DNA of 64,000 nt from a virus: positions 23,021-87,020 of IMG/VR virus record IMGVR_UViG_3300032173_000003; one strand, 5' to 3'. Positions 38,816-49,592 of the stretch are shown here, piece by piece. Within the stretch, counting starts at the first letter, position 1. Every line of letters begins with the position of its first letter. The notes under the pieces were generated by a model. It ran no database searches. It was not told where the DNA came from and saw only the letters and a list, made by a program, of their open reading frames with translations. Position numbers and translations under genes: made by a program.

Positions 38816-39763
38816 TCAAACAAACTGGCCCGAATCAACCCACTCGGCCTTGACCATGGACCACCAGTCTGAGGTCAGACCGGCAGTGACATACTGGTAA
38901 GGCAGCCAGCCGTAGCCTCCCTGGCCCCAAGAGGTGCCCCAGGAGTTCCGGATGAGTAAAGCACCCGTAGTTTGAGTTCCGCCCGTGTTCGTGTTGATGA
39001 TTTTTTTGTTGTCATCGTACCCAACTACCAACATAGCGTGACCACCATCGAGGTAGTCGTTGCGGGTGGGGAACGGGAAGCACCCGCCATTGGTCTCTGC
39101 CTGAGCATAGGAGCTGTACACAGTGAAGCCAAACATTGCGGGCAGCCCTTTGAAGACATTGGTTTTAATCGCTGTCAGGAGAGCTGAGTTTGAAACTCCG
39201 GGTGTATCCAAGCGGTAGTAGGACAATGCTTGAAAATTCTGAGCAAATGAGTACAGAAACGCTGAGGGCTCATCATCAAACTTTGAGGTGTCGTAAGGAT
39301 AGAAGTTTTCAGGTGGTACTCCGAACAGCGTCAAAGCTCCCATCACATTACGCAGGTAGGCACCGGTATCTCCGGTAGTTTGCATAATGTTTCGGGTTAC
39401 TTTGTACAGAAACAAGCGAGAACCATCAATGTGCTTGCCGAAGGACTTGCGCTCAAAGTATTCAAGCATACCTATGGCAGCGTGAGCTGTGCAGGAGCCA
39501 ATGTCCCCTTGGTCCTCAATAGGGGAGCAAGAGGCTTTGAGGTCTACGGAAACAGGTAAAGCAAGTTTTGGAGTGGCGCCTGTAGTTGTCACAGCTCCCA
39601 CCTTAAGCAGCATTGACCTGACCGAGGGCTGACCGGCTGCGGATAACCGGGAAGGCACAGTATCTGTCCCCGCCGTAACGTCCCTAAAATCTGGCAGATC
39701 TCGCATCCACCCAAAGGTCCTTTTTTCCATTTTTATTGTGAGGTTATTCGATTTTACCCGCAA
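38816..39763 (-). CDS. papain-like (C1A) cysteine protease
   Basis: DQGDIGSCTA, GGHAM..VGY, IRNSWG..WG..GY. Confidence 0.92.
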   Translation of the reverse strand: MRVKSNNLTIKMEKRTFGWMRDLPDFRDVTAGTDTVPSRLSAAGQPSVRSMLLKVGAVTTTGATPKLALPVSVDLKASCSPIEDQGDIGSCTAHAAIGMLEYFERKSFGKHIDGSRLFLYKVTRNIMQTTGDTGAYLRNVMGALTLFGVPPENFYPYDTSKFDDEPSAFLYSFAQNFQALSYYRLDTPGVSNSALLTAIKTNVFKGLPAMFGFTVYSSYAQAETNGGCFPFPTRNDYLDGGHAMLVVGYDDNKKIINTNTGGTQTTGALLIRNSWGTSWGQGGYGWLPYQYVTAGLTSDWWSMVKAEWVDSGQFV

Positions 39764-39764
39764 A

Positions 39765-40304
39765 TCAGATGGCTTCGGTCAAAATGCGGCGACCATTGAA
39801 TTTAGCGCGAGCGCCCTTGTTCTTGGTATCGATGGCCTTGACTTGAGCGATTGCATAGCCGCCATTTGTCTTGTGGAGCAGTAAATCACCTTTGGCAATC
39901 TTGCCAGGTTCACCAATGTAATGAAGTTCCTTTCCAGCCAGCTCAACGCTGAAGGTATAGGGCAAAACTTCCTCAAGATCCTTAGGGTCTTTGATGACGA
40001 TTTCACCAGTTCCCTTAACTTCGACAATAAACTTGTTCTCGCTGTTGGTACCAATGTGGTTACCAAACACTGCTTTGCCGTCTTCGTCAGTGAATATATA
40101 AAGAGTTTTAGAATCCATGGATGTGTTCTCCGTTCCTTCGTAGTGAATTATAGATCGGGCTTGAGCCCATTTGTCGTTGTGTACATACTTCCCCCTATAA
40201 AGATCATAGTAAGTGGGACTACTAGGAATGTAAGTTAGGCGGAAAGGGTTCTTACCGCTGGGTGAAATTACGATATCACCGATTTCAAAGTGCTGTTGCT
40301 GCAT
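39765..40304 (-). CDS. hypothetical protein
   Basis: 179 aa ORF. Confidence 0.6.
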   Translation of the reverse strand: MQQQHFEIGDIVISPSGKNPFRLTYIPSSPTYYDLYRGKYVHNDKWAQARSIIHYEGTENTSMDSKTLYIFTDEDGKAVFGNHIGTNSENKFIVEVKGTGEIVIKDPKDLEEVLPYTFSVELAGKELHYIGEPGKIAKGDLLLHKTNGGYAIAQVKAIDTKNKGARAKFNGRRILTEAI

Positions 40305-40365
40305 TGTTTGTACCTCCTTGAGTAGTATAGCTTCTGCTTACGGCAAGTAAATGCTTAGCCAAGGT

Positions 40366-41859
40366 TCAAGCTCTCACGAGAGTGAGGTGACGCTTGGCAC
40401 GGGTCACTTGGACGTAGCACAGGTTGTCTTCCTGGGTCATCTCCCAGGGCTTGCGAGCCCAGCGGCTGGGGCTGTAGGACTCCATCCCGAGGGCAAATAC
40501 CCGGTTCCATTCCCTGCCCTTAGCACGGTGGATTGTGGACAGGGTGAGAATGTCTTGCTTAGAGCCACTGTCACCGAACAGGGATTCAATATGCGCAATA
40601 AGGTCGGTTATCGGGGCCTTGTAGTCACATTGATCCATCAGAACTCGGATGGTTTCTGCTTGGTCTTCAATGGAATCGCACCGGTCATTGTGACCTTTGG
40701 CCCGAGCTTTGGCGATTTCATGGTCACTCCACTCGGTAAGTTTTTCATCAAGTTCGGATATCTTGGTGAGTTTCCACTTATTGATTAGTTTGATTAGGCC
40801 CTTGCCGATAGACCTTCCTTCGACCTTGCAAGCAACGCCGTTCTGGATCAGTTTGAAGGCCAGGTCAACTAAGGGTTTGGTTTTGCGGCACAAGATGGCA
40901 TCCTCCGAGGTGAACTCAGAGTTTTTGATGAGGGTTTCGATATCGGAAGAATCGACGATGCCGTCAGGGGCAGTTTCAGCCGCTTCAATGTGGTTGACCC
41001 ACTGATTGGCCACCTCAACTACCAGTTTGGGGCAACGATAAGTTGTAGTCAGGGGCATTTTCACCGTGTTGAATTCTTCGCAGATGTTTTCCATCGAACG
41101 GCAGTCAGCACCGGTAAAGCCATAGATGGCCTGATGAGTATCACCCACAGCAACCAAACGGCCCTCGGGAGCAAGCATCATGCTGACCAGTTTCCTGCGG
41201 ACAGTGTTAGTGTCTTGGGCTTCGTCTAGAAACACCCAATCATACTTACGGGTGTTGAGTTTTTTGAGGACCGGCACATATATCATGTCGTCAAAGTCAA
41301 TGAGTTTGGCAACATTTTTGTTGCTAACGTCCAGAAGACGCTGTGCTTCAGCGAGGGCTTCTTCAGGGTGGGCATAACTTGGCAAAACATCTTGAAGAGA
41401 GTAATGATCTATCATCCTAATCCAAGCCCGATCATCATTGATGGGGCAAACAATGCCGATTCCCACTTGCTTAGCCATCGATGCTGCGTTGATGGCAAAA
41501 GTCTTAAGGAAGTGTTTCTCCATCGCCTTGTCAGCAATGATGCGCATTTTACCACCCTCTAGCTTGGTTTTAGCGTATGCGGCTTTTAGGGCAGCAAAAC
41601 CGAACGAATGCAAGGTACCAGTTTTGACCCGGTTACCTAAACCAAGGGGTTTCACCCTTTCACCGATCTCGATAGCAATAGCTTTGTTGAACGCCGAAAA
41701 GGCAACCTCACCGGTAGTACGGGTCAAGCTTTCAACCAGGGTGGTTGTCTTGCCAGCCCCTGCTACGGCTTCAATAACTGCGGAGCCAGAGCCATTGACG
41801 ATCCAGTCAAAGATGGTAGCTTGTTGGGGTGAAGGGACGAACACTTTGGTTTGAGTCAT
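40366..41859 (-). CDS. UvrD/Rep-family SF1 helicase
   Basis: AVAGAGKTT, DEAQD, VGDTHQAIYGF, STIHRAKGRE, YVQVTRA. Confidence 0.92.
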   Translation of the reverse strand: MTQTKVFVPSPQQATIFDWIVNGSGSAVIEAVAGAGKTTTLVESLTRTTGEVAFSAFNKAIAIEIGERVKPLGLGNRVKTGTLHSFGFAALKAAYAKTKLEGGKMRIIADKAMEKHFLKTFAINAASMAKQVGIGIVCPINDDRAWIRMIDHYSLQDVLPSYAHPEEALAEAQRLLDVSNKNVAKLIDFDDMIYVPVLKKLNTRKYDWVFLDEAQDTNTVRRKLVSMMLAPEGRLVAVGDTHQAIYGFTGADCRSMENICEEFNTVKMPLTTTYRCPKLVVEVANQWVNHIEAAETAPDGIVDSSDIETLIKNSEFTSEDAILCRKTKPLVDLAFKLIQNGVACKVEGRSIGKGLIKLINKWKLTKISELDEKLTEWSDHEIAKARAKGHNDRCDSIEDQAETIRVLMDQCDYKAPITDLIAHIESLFGDSGSKQDILTLSTIHRAKGREWNRVFALGMESYSPSRWARKPWEMTQEDNLCYVQVTRAKRHLTLVRA

Positions 41860-42134
41860 TGTGGTTTCTGTCTTTTAATATTGTAGCACTTTGTGCCAGT
41901 TAAGTCAACCCAGAACCACATCCCAGTTAGGGTCGTTCGCCAAGTCAACCCAAGCGCACCATTTGCCATTCGTTGAGACAAGGAAAACCTTGTTGCCAAC
42001 ACGCTGCTCTACCAACACGGTGGGGTCTGAGCCCATCATATTAGTCAGACGGTTCTTTGCCTTTGATGACAGGGGAATCACTCGTGCCATGGTTTCGGGT
42101 GCTGTTAGTAGTATTGTAGCACAGGTAGGGGTGC

Positions 42135-42911
42135 TTACGCTTCAGTTTGGGCAACGAGAACCGACGCTGGGCGTGTAGTAGCCCCGGTTAGTGGAACCAA
42201 GTTTTGATAAAAACTGTCATTGGATTTCCCTTTTGAATTTTCCAAGGGGGTTGAGAGAACTTCGTGAAGAAAATTTATTTCCTGAGTGTGTATGACAGAG
42301 GTGGTGAAAACTTTTTCCGATTTCCACTCATTTTTATCAAAACTTGGTTCCAGTTGGATTTTGGGTGGTTCTATCACTTTGACCTTAATTCCGTTGACCC
42401 TTCTGGATCTCCATACCCAGCCTGCTTCACTCATTTTCTTTTTCACAGTGGCATAACACTTAGAGGTCTTGCACACTTGTAGCTTCTCACTAAGGTACTT
42501 GGCTTCTACGAAACCTCCCTCACTGATACAAGGGGTTAGCACTTCCTCGACTTCTTTGAGGGTGGGTGCATCGGAGGACACTTTGAACGAAATCTGCTCA
42601 CTTGGATTAAGCTTTAGAGCTTTTATGACTTTTTTCAAACTTTTGTCCGACATTTTGTTGGTAAACCTGCGGGCTATTTGAAGGCGTGTCAACTTCTCAC
42701 CAGGGTAGCAAGCTTCGGATAGGTGAACACCAATGTCTCTGCACAGTGTAAAATGTTCAAACTTACGTTTGTTGATGTCATACACTTCAAACAGATAGTC
42801 ATTTTCGCTAGGGTCGTAATCAAACCTAACATTTTGAGCATCTTTGAGCATCTTAGGGAGCACTTCCCCTAGATATTCAATTTCTGCTTGCCAGCGTTTT
42901 AAGATTTCCAT
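42135..42911 (-). CDS. hypothetical protein
   Basis: 258 aa ORF. Confidence 0.6.
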   Translation of the reverse strand: MEILKRWQAEIEYLGEVLPKMLKDAQNVRFDYDPSENDYLFEVYDINKRKFEHFTLCRDIGVHLSEACYPGEKLTRLQIARRFTNKMSDKSLKKVIKALKLNPSEQISFKVSSDAPTLKEVEEVLTPCISEGGFVEAKYLSEKLQVCKTSKCYATVKKKMSEAGWVWRSRRVNGIKVKVIEPPKIQLEPSFDKNEWKSEKVFTTSVIHTQEINFLHEVLSTPLENSKGKSNDSFYQNLVPLTGATTRPASVLVAQTEA

Positions 42912-42968
42912 CGTTAAGAAGGTTGGTTGAGAGAGAGAGGGGGGGGGGGAGTGGCTCAGTGAACCGCA

Positions 42969-45305
42969 TCAGTTGGCGAGTCTTACCCAGGGTACCGAGG
43001 CGTTCGTTATGGTCAGATTTCCCAAGTTAACGCCTGTAAAAAGGGCAATTGCCTCATCCTGGTTTAACCCAGTCAGCTGCAGGGTGCCATCGTTATTTCG
43101 GTCCCAGTATAACACGGTATTTGCAGAAACGTTCCTAGTAAAATACTTACCGGGAACTAATTGCACTTTATCACTAAGCCTGTCGAAGTCACGTATTGTC
43201 AGAGAATCTCTGGACACAGATGAAGATGCAATGCTAGCGGTGTAAAAAACTCTTGGAGACCCTCCCCTAACTTCACCGAGGATGAAGACATCTGCTCCAC
43301 CCCTACCGGTAGCATGATCAACCTGACTCCTGCCGAGAGCTGAAGGAGTTGTGCCTGTTGCAGGCACACCTGATATGTAGTCTACATTGTTGGTCCCTAC
43401 TAACCTGTTGTTGCCGGCTGTCCCCCAGATGTAGTTGATACCGGTGGAAGTGTCTGCTATGGAGATAGTTTTGGAAGCAACTTGCTGAGTTCTTCCTGAA
43501 TCCGAGAAGAGTCCGAACAGCAAGTTCTCCGTCCCTTCTGGGGTAGTGTCATTCACGACAGTAAAAGATAAGGAGGCAGATCCTTCCGTTACTGTTAAAC
43601 TTCCTTGGAGGTTGGCGGGACTTATGTCCCCGGCCTGAATACCGGACATCCCCCAGTACAGCACCGTCCCACTGTTTACATTGTTCGTTGTTAGGTTCAG
43701 GGTAACGGTTGCTCCCTCATTAACTGAGGATGGCCCAGCTACAGAGTAGTAGGGAGCTGAGCTACCATAGCGGTTGTAGAGTTCAGTCAGACCCGCTTTC
43801 GTGTCCAACCTGCCGTTAGTGACAACTTTACCGTTGAGGGAGGTTGTGGCCCTTGTAGTTGAAAGCAATACATCTCTCAGCTCCCTTCTCCCTGCTTGGG
43901 GGAAGGATGCTGCGAAGAGAGCTAAAGAGCCAGCAACATGGGGGGCCGCCATGGAAGTTCCATTCAGAGAACCGTAGGTACCATTTAGTCTGGATGACTG
44001 GATGCCACTCCCAGGAGCCCCGATATCAACAGTTGTTGAGCCGTAGTTGGAAAACCCAGAGAGAGAACCACTGGAGGTCAAAGAGGATACAGCCGTAATG
44101 GCTTCCCAACCTGCAGCGGTCAAGGTTGAATAGTTCGAAGGGTAGCTAGGTACTGAGTTGTTGTTGGAAGAATCGTTTCCAGCCGCTGCAATAAAGTGAT
44201 TATTTACTGAGGCACCGTTTGAGATCGAAGTGCTAAGTAAGGAGGAGAAAGTTCCTCCACCCCAAGAGTTGTTAGTCCCAATAAAGACGGCAGTTGAAGA
44301 CGGATTGTAAGCCTTGTCTTGGGCTTGGGTGGAACTAGTATAGTAATCAATGGCCTGAATGGCGTCACTCAAAAAACCACTCCCGCTGCTACTGAGAAAC
44401 TTAATTGGCACAATCTGAACTTCCCAGTTTACCCCTGCAACACCAATTGAGTTATTGCCTAGGGCACCAATGGTGCCGGCGACGTGCGTACCATGGTAGT
44501 TATCGTCCATAGGATCATTATCACCGTTGAAAAAATCCCACCCCACCAAGTCATCGACAAAACCATTGCTATCATTATCAACCCCGTTCTCCCAACGAGA
44601 GTCATTAAGCAAGTCTCCGGCATCTATTCTACCATTAGAGTTAACGTCTGTGACATAGCTGGAGTTTGCAGCGTTGTTCAGGTCCCTGAATGTGATTAGT
44701 CCGTCCCCATCTGTATCTGTTAAAGAATTGAAGAAAGATAGGGTCTTTATTTCACCTTGGTTAAGGTAAATGTTTAAGTACAAATCTGGGTGCCTGTAAT
44801 CAACTCCGGTATCAATAACGCCGATAACAACTTTTGGACTCCCCGTATAACCTGAAGCCCACGCTTGTTCTGCTTGGCTGCCGTAGATGTTCGTGGTCCC
44901 GCTTGGGCCAGCCGGTGTGGAATCATCCGAGTACATACCCCACAAAGAACCATTGACATACAACGCATCGTTGCCAGTCGCTAGGGCATTTACAGTGAAA
45001 TTTGGCTCTGCTGTAAGAACTCCCGGAGTTTTCTTAAGAGCTTCAATCGATGCATTAATGTTTGCTCCCTCAGGTAGGGAAACTCTCTCAATAACTCCCC
45101 TTCCTTTCTTCCTCATGAGAGGGGTTTGAAACTGCTGTACCCGGCTCGCACCCAGGGATTTCAGAGTTGTTGACCTCTGAGAAAAATTATTTGTGTTAGA
45201 CCATTCTACCAAGATTTCTGGTTTAGGGCCTGGCGAAGCCAACGCAAAAGAAGAACCTAATAGGGGTATAAACGTGGCTAGGCCAATAGAATTTAAAAAT
45301 CTCAT
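42969..45305 (-). CDS. secreted subtilisin-like S8 serine protease
   Basis: Signal peptide; VIDTGVD, HGTHVAGTI, AAGN, GTSMAAPHVAG. Confidence 0.92.
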   Translation of the reverse strand: MRFLNSIGLATFIPLLGSSFALASPGPKPEILVEWSNTNNFSQRSTTLKSLGASRVQQFQTPLMRKKGRGVIERVSLPEGANINASIEALKKTPGVLTAEPNFTVNALATGNDALYVNGSLWGMYSDDSTPAGPSGTTNIYGSQAEQAWASGYTGSPKVVIGVIDTGVDYRHPDLYLNIYLNQGEIKTLSFFNSLTDTDGDGLITFRDLNNAANSSYVTDVNSNGRIDAGDLLNDSRWENGVDNDSNGFVDDLVGWDFFNGDNDPMDDNYHGTHVAGTIGALGNNSIGVAGVNWEVQIVPIKFLSSSGSGFLSDAIQAIDYYTSSTQAQDKAYNPSSTAVFIGTNNSWGGGTFSSLLSTSISNGASVNNHFIAAAGNDSSNNNSVPSYPSNYSTLTAAGWEAITAVSSLTSSGSLSGFSNYGSTTVDIGAPGSGIQSSRLNGTYGSLNGTSMAAPHVAGSLALFAASFPQAGRRELRDVLLSTTRATTSLNGKVVTNGRLDTKAGLTELYNRYGSSAPYYSVAGPSSVNEGATVTLNLTTNNVNSGTVLYWGMSGIQAGDISPANLQGSLTVTEGSASLSFTVVNDTTPEGTENLLFGLFSDSGRTQQVASKTISIADTSTGINYIWGTAGNNRLVGTNNVDYISGVPATGTTPSALGRSQVDHATGRGGADVFILGEVRGGSPRVFYTASIASSSVSRDSLTIRDFDRLSDKVQLVPGKYFTRNVSANTVLYWDRNNDGTLQLTGLNQDEAIALFTGVNLGNLTITNASVPWVRLAN

Positions 45306-45353
45306 TTTGCGCTGTTAGACAGGTACATACATTTACCCCCCTGGAGTCAACCT

Positions 45354-45821
45354 TTAACTGAAACTAGGGTCCAGCAACAATGAGAGCATTTCCTGAATGG
45401 TGCCGTAAATAGCATCTTCTTTAGTGAAGGAGAACTTTTCCATCGCCTTACTATCAGCCCATTCCCGGATGCCAGTACCAAACTCTGTAGATCGAGCATA
45501 CCAGTCACAAACCATTTCTGCCACATAGACTTTTGGCATGTTGTGGATGCTGCCCCAGTATTCCGGGTGATGGGGATTTATGGACTGGTGATGTTTGACT
45601 ACCTCTGGAAGCAAAGGGTCTGAGTAGAACAAGTGGTCAAACTCTATGCCCTTAAACTTTGAGTTGTCGTGGATTTGACCGTTGGCAATCAAGTTGCGGC
45701 CTAATTCAATATCTCCTTGTTTCATCAATTTAAGTCCCAGCTTGTAACAGCTTCGTTGGACGTTTTGAATGTGATTGAATACCAGTTCAATCTTGGCTAC
45801 GGAATCGGACTCTATGCTCAT
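45354..45821 (-). CDS. HD-like DUF5662-type protein
   Basis: HI..V, IHDNSKF, HHQSINPHHPEYW, EMVCDW. Confidence 0.75.
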   Translation of the reverse strand: MSIESDSVAKIELVFNHIQNVQRSCYKLGLKLMKQGDIELGRNLIANGQIHDNSKFKGIEFDHLFYSDPLLPEVVKHHQSINPHHPEYWGSIHNMPKVYVAEMVCDWYARSTEFGTGIREWADSKAMEKFSFTKEDAIYGTIQEMLSLLLDPSFS

Positions 45822-46492
45822 GTTGTTATAGAGGTAGGCTAAGTTTTACCCGTTTTTTCAAGGGTAATCCTCAGGACTAATGCCATCGATTGTGTACCCA
45901 CCGAACTGAATCATTGCGTGTGCTTTGGCTATTGCTTTTTCCATGGTGCTAAAGTATTTCCACCTCCGCTCCAAGTCCCCTTCCTTAAAGTAATCAATTC
46001 GATACCTTGTTGTGGCCTCTACCCACTCTGTGCCATTCCAGTGTTTTCCTTTTGTTAGTTCTTCGATGTTGAGTGTAGGTTCACTATCTCCCAGAACATT
46101 CTCCCAAAAGTCATCATAGCATTCTCCAGGACATTGGGTCATCTTCCTAACTGTGAAAAAATAACGTAAGCGATGAGGTAAACCAGACTAATACCAAGCA
46201 CAAACTTTTTTGACCTGTCGTCAAAAACTTGTACTAGCCAGATATTTGCAACAATAAATAAAAGTTGAGATTTAGTCATTGCTCCCCCATTGATAACACC
46301 AGTCATTGTCCCCATCAACAACTTGAGGTTTCCCTTGCAAGTGGCATTTTGTGATTGTCCGTGTGCTTGGCAAGAAGTTTTCTGCTAAGTCAGAGTATTC
46401 ACTCAGAAGCCCACTCGCAATGACAGGGTCTATGACTTGAGTTGAGCGCGAGTAACAGCAGCTACTACAGCGTCGAAGTTGGTTTTCAACCA

Positions 46493-46909
46493 TCAGAATT
46501 CCTCCTCAACCATTTGAGCAATTTCTTCAAATTTAAAGCCAAGGTCGTTAAACTTAGAGAGAGAGAATTCTTCATAAGTTTTAGTTAACTTAATAACTGG
46601 GTTTTGTATGTCAAGACCTGCCCATTCTTTTACAGATTCAGGAAGAATAGCAGATGCACCATCGAGGAAGTAATAAGGGAGTGGTCTACCGTCCCTAATG
46701 TATTTAGTTTTCCACTCAGTGCCAGTCTCTTTAGCATAAAGATCGCAGAGTACACCAAGACAGCAGAAACCTTGGTCGGATTTAAGAGTCCCCGTACCTT
46801 GGGCATACTCACCCGAGCGTAGAGCAGTAATCCACCGTTGTTTTACTTTAGAGTCCATAAGTTTCAGGGAATAAGGCTTTTGATTGAATTGTGGTAACTT
46901 GGAAGTCAA
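46493..46909 (-). CDS. conserved phage hypothetical protein
   Basis: WITALRSGEYAQG..L..FCCLGVLCDL..ND.G..F.EIA. Confidence 0.75.
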   Translation of the reverse strand: MTSKLPQFNQKPYSLKLMDSKVKQRWITALRSGEYAQGTGTLKSDQGFCCLGVLCDLYAKETGTEWKTKYIRDGRPLPYYFLDGASAILPESVKEWAGLDIQNPVIKLTKTYEEFSLSKFNDLGFKFEEIAQMVEEEF

Positions 46910-47166
46910 GTATCAATCTCATCGGCAGCATTGATTTCATCCAGGGAGATACGTTTCTGACGGAGCCGCTTTTCCTTGCGGTGGGTGACCTTGCCATAAG
47001 AGCACAGGGTACACTGGGGGTTCCCGCAGTCGAAAGGGTCCCTGCTGTAGACCTTGCCGAAGGTTACGCAATCAAGGCTGCGCTGAGGACTTAGGTTGCG
47101 TAGCAGCCTCAACCATTTGTTCCTCAGGCGCATAGCATGGTGGCGCCTCTGTGCTGACTTTGCCAT
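46906..47166 (-). CDS. small Cys-rich basic protein
   Basis: DCGNPQCTLC. Confidence 0.6.
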   Translation of the reverse strand: MAKSAQRRHHAMRLRNKWLRLLRNLSPQRSLDCVTFGKVYSRDPFDCGNPQCTLCSYGKVTHRKEKRLRQKRISLDEINAADEIDT

Positions 47167-47205
47167 TTTGGTTAGTTATACCGGGGAACCTTACAAAGTA
47201 AAAAA

Positions 47206-47287
47206 TACCGAATGTCGGACTCGAACCGACATGCCTTGCGGCAATCGCTTTTGAGGCGACCGTGACTACCAATTCCACCAATTCGGC
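47206..47287 (-). tRNA. tRNA-Leu(CAA)
   Basis: Loop CTCAAAA, long variable arm. Confidence 0.95.
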
Positions 47288-47307
47288 TTGTTGCCCCGGA
47301 GAGCAAA

Positions 47308-47389
47308 TAGGAGCAGGGGGACTCGAACCCCCACGGTCGAAGACCATCGATTTTTAAGACCGATGCGGCTACCATTACGCCATGCTCCC
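47308..47389 (-). tRNA. tRNA-Leu(UAA)
   Basis: Loop CTTAAAA, long variable arm. Confidence 0.95.
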
Positions 47390-47420
47390 TTTCCCTTAAC
47401 GTTTTGCTCCAAAGAGCAAA

Positions 47421-47494
47421 CTCCCAGACTAGGAGTCGAACCTAGAAATAACGGATTCAAAGCCCGCTGACTTTACCAGTTTGTCTACCTGGGA
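47421..47494 (-). tRNA. tRNA-Gln(UUG)
   Basis: Loop CTTTGAA. Confidence 0.9.
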
Positions 47495-48469
47495 ATGCAT
47501 ACTTAGTATAGCCCTTGCTGAGGGAAAGTAAATGGTTCGTACCTGAACTCGGCTTGGACTTGCTTGTAGATGCTGCGATGGTTGTTTGCTTCTACCACGG
47601 GTAAATTCTCGGGCAGCTCACTAAGAAGTTTGACTTTGATGTCCTTGTCTTTGGTGTTGATGAGGTAGGCCATTTGTTTTTGGGGGGAGGAAGTAGGAAT
47701 CAATCGAGCTAGTTTAGGCAGTGCCACCCTTGATTTTCTCAATAGTTGAAGTGCCACAGCTTACCTTCATCGTCCAAAGCAATCAGATGCCCCTCTGTTA
47801 CAAGGTAAGATTCAAAACCTTCATTGGAGAAATACTTAACAGCATTGCTAGGAATGACTTCGTAGGAGATAATTTTGGCGAGTTGGCGCTCAAGCTCCGC
47901 TTGGATAAGCTCAAGCAAAGCAGTGTTACCCACGTACCGGCTGAGGTCTAGGCGGGCACCACTTCCATCCTCATAGGCGCCAATGGAAAGGTTGTAGTGG
48001 TTATCCTTCTCATACTCGTCACCCCCCCAACGCTGAGGCTTGCATCTTGAATCCAGGGATTTAGGATGTTAAGAGCATCTTCGGTTTTTTGAATAAGTTT
48101 GAGGATAGCTTGGCCGGTTTTTAGCTGTTGTTCGTTCATTTTCTTAGAGGACCAAGGGATTGTGGGCGCCAGTTAATCTGAAAAATGACTTTGTCAACAA
48201 AGAAGTCATCGGTGTGACAATTGCCGTACATAGCTACGCAGTTGCGCAAGGTTTCCCGAATCAGTTGATGAGAGACTTCCCCTGATTGGATGTAATCGGC
48301 AAGTTCAGCAGCGATAGCAACGCAAAGCTCATTTTCTTCCCGGATGCTGAGGCAGTTGATGGCGGCCATGGTTTTGAAAGTGGTGGGTAGCTTGGCCGCC
48401 CTTACCCCCATATTATAGCACATTACCGAACCTTGTGCCAATGCACCAATTACGGTTCGGTGGCAGGGA

Positions 48470-49438
48470 TTAAAGCAGTCTCTCTCTAGCCAAATAGAAG
48501 TAGTTTTCCTTAACCTCACAAGCCAAAAATTTTCTACCCAACCTTTGAGCAGACACACTGGCAGAGGCCAAACCGGCAAAAGGTTCCCATAAGGTATCAC
48601 CAGGGTCAGTGCTTGCTTTGATTATTCTATCCATCAGCTCCAGTGGTTTTTGGTTCGGGTGAACAAGTTTATGACCGTCTCTCTTTCTCTCGGGACCTTT
48701 CAGCGGTGGGCAACTCCATACGTTGGTTACCCCGTACTCAAAGTTGAACTTTGACCTTATCTTATCCCATTGGTTTGAACTGATAACATGTACCCCATCT
48801 AAGGAAAAATAAGGTCTCCCTCCACCGTGTCCGAATGAGTTGGCATACTCTATTAACTTTGAGAACTCCTCTTTTGGGGGGAAGTACCACAGATGGTCCT
48901 TGGCAAAATACTTCCGAGATGCAGCGTTCTTAACCCCACAAGCCTTATTGGCCTCACTAAACGGCAAACCTGTTCTTTTCCACTCTGATCGCATCCAGTC
49001 CTGAAGGTTTAGCTTTCCCCCAGTTTTGTGGATAAACTCTTCTTTCCTGGTGTAGTGGGCACATACCTCCGTAACTACCGGAAACTTTCTCATTGTCTTT
49101 CCGTTACAGTTTCCTGCGATATGCTTAAGTCCTTTATCCCAAATGTTGCAACCCCTGTAAGTCCAACCGAGTTCTTCTAGTATGGGGTGAACCATTGCCC
49201 AGCCCACTTCAGTACACCAGAACCACAGAGTTGTCTGGGACGTTGCTGCTTTGGACCATGCGTCAATATGGGGGCGGTACATATCACCCAAAGTCTTGTG
49301 ACTGGAGCTATCGCCCTCGAACCCGCTAATCCCATAAGGACCATCTGAAACAATACAGATAGGGGGATCCCACTGACTGTAAAAATTTAGTGAATCTCCA
49401 CAGTACAGCACCCCCTCCCCAAACTCAGCTTTGACCAT
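48470..49438 (-). CDS. DNA methyltransferase (N6/N4, beta class)
   Basis: SDGPY, HPNQKP, WEPFAGLAS. Confidence 0.85.
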   Translation of the reverse strand: MVKAEFGEGVLYCGDSLNFYSQWDPPICIVSDGPYGISGFEGDSSSHKTLGDMYRPHIDAWSKAATSQTTLWFWCTEVGWAMVHPILEELGWTYRGCNIWDKGLKHIAGNCNGKTMRKFPVVTEVCAHYTRKEEFIHKTGGKLNLQDWMRSEWKRTGLPFSEANKACGVKNAASRKYFAKDHLWYFPPKEEFSKLIEYANSFGHGGGRPYFSLDGVHVISSNQWDKIRSKFNFEYGVTNVWSCPPLKGPERKRDGHKLVHPNQKPLELMDRIIKASTDPGDTLWEPFAGLASASVSAQRLGRKFLACEVKENYFYLARERLL

Positions 49439-49518
49439 TACTTTTTCTCTCTGAACTTATAGTAGTGGGCGGCCGTGCCGCCGTTGCCCCTGTGTTATAG
49501 CACATTACCGAGGGAAAG

Positions 49519-49592
49519 CGCCCTGTGCAGGACTCGAACCTGCGACCCCATCTTTAGGAAAGATGTGCTCTATCCAGCTGAGCTAACAGGGC
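49519..49592 (-). tRNA. tRNA-Arg(CCU)
   Basis: Loop TTCCTAA. Confidence 0.95.

Noticed and set aside
42925-42950. GA repeat plus G run, and other intergenic G/C homopolymers, as phase-variable switches
   Set aside because: No evidence of length variation or functional placement from a single sequence.
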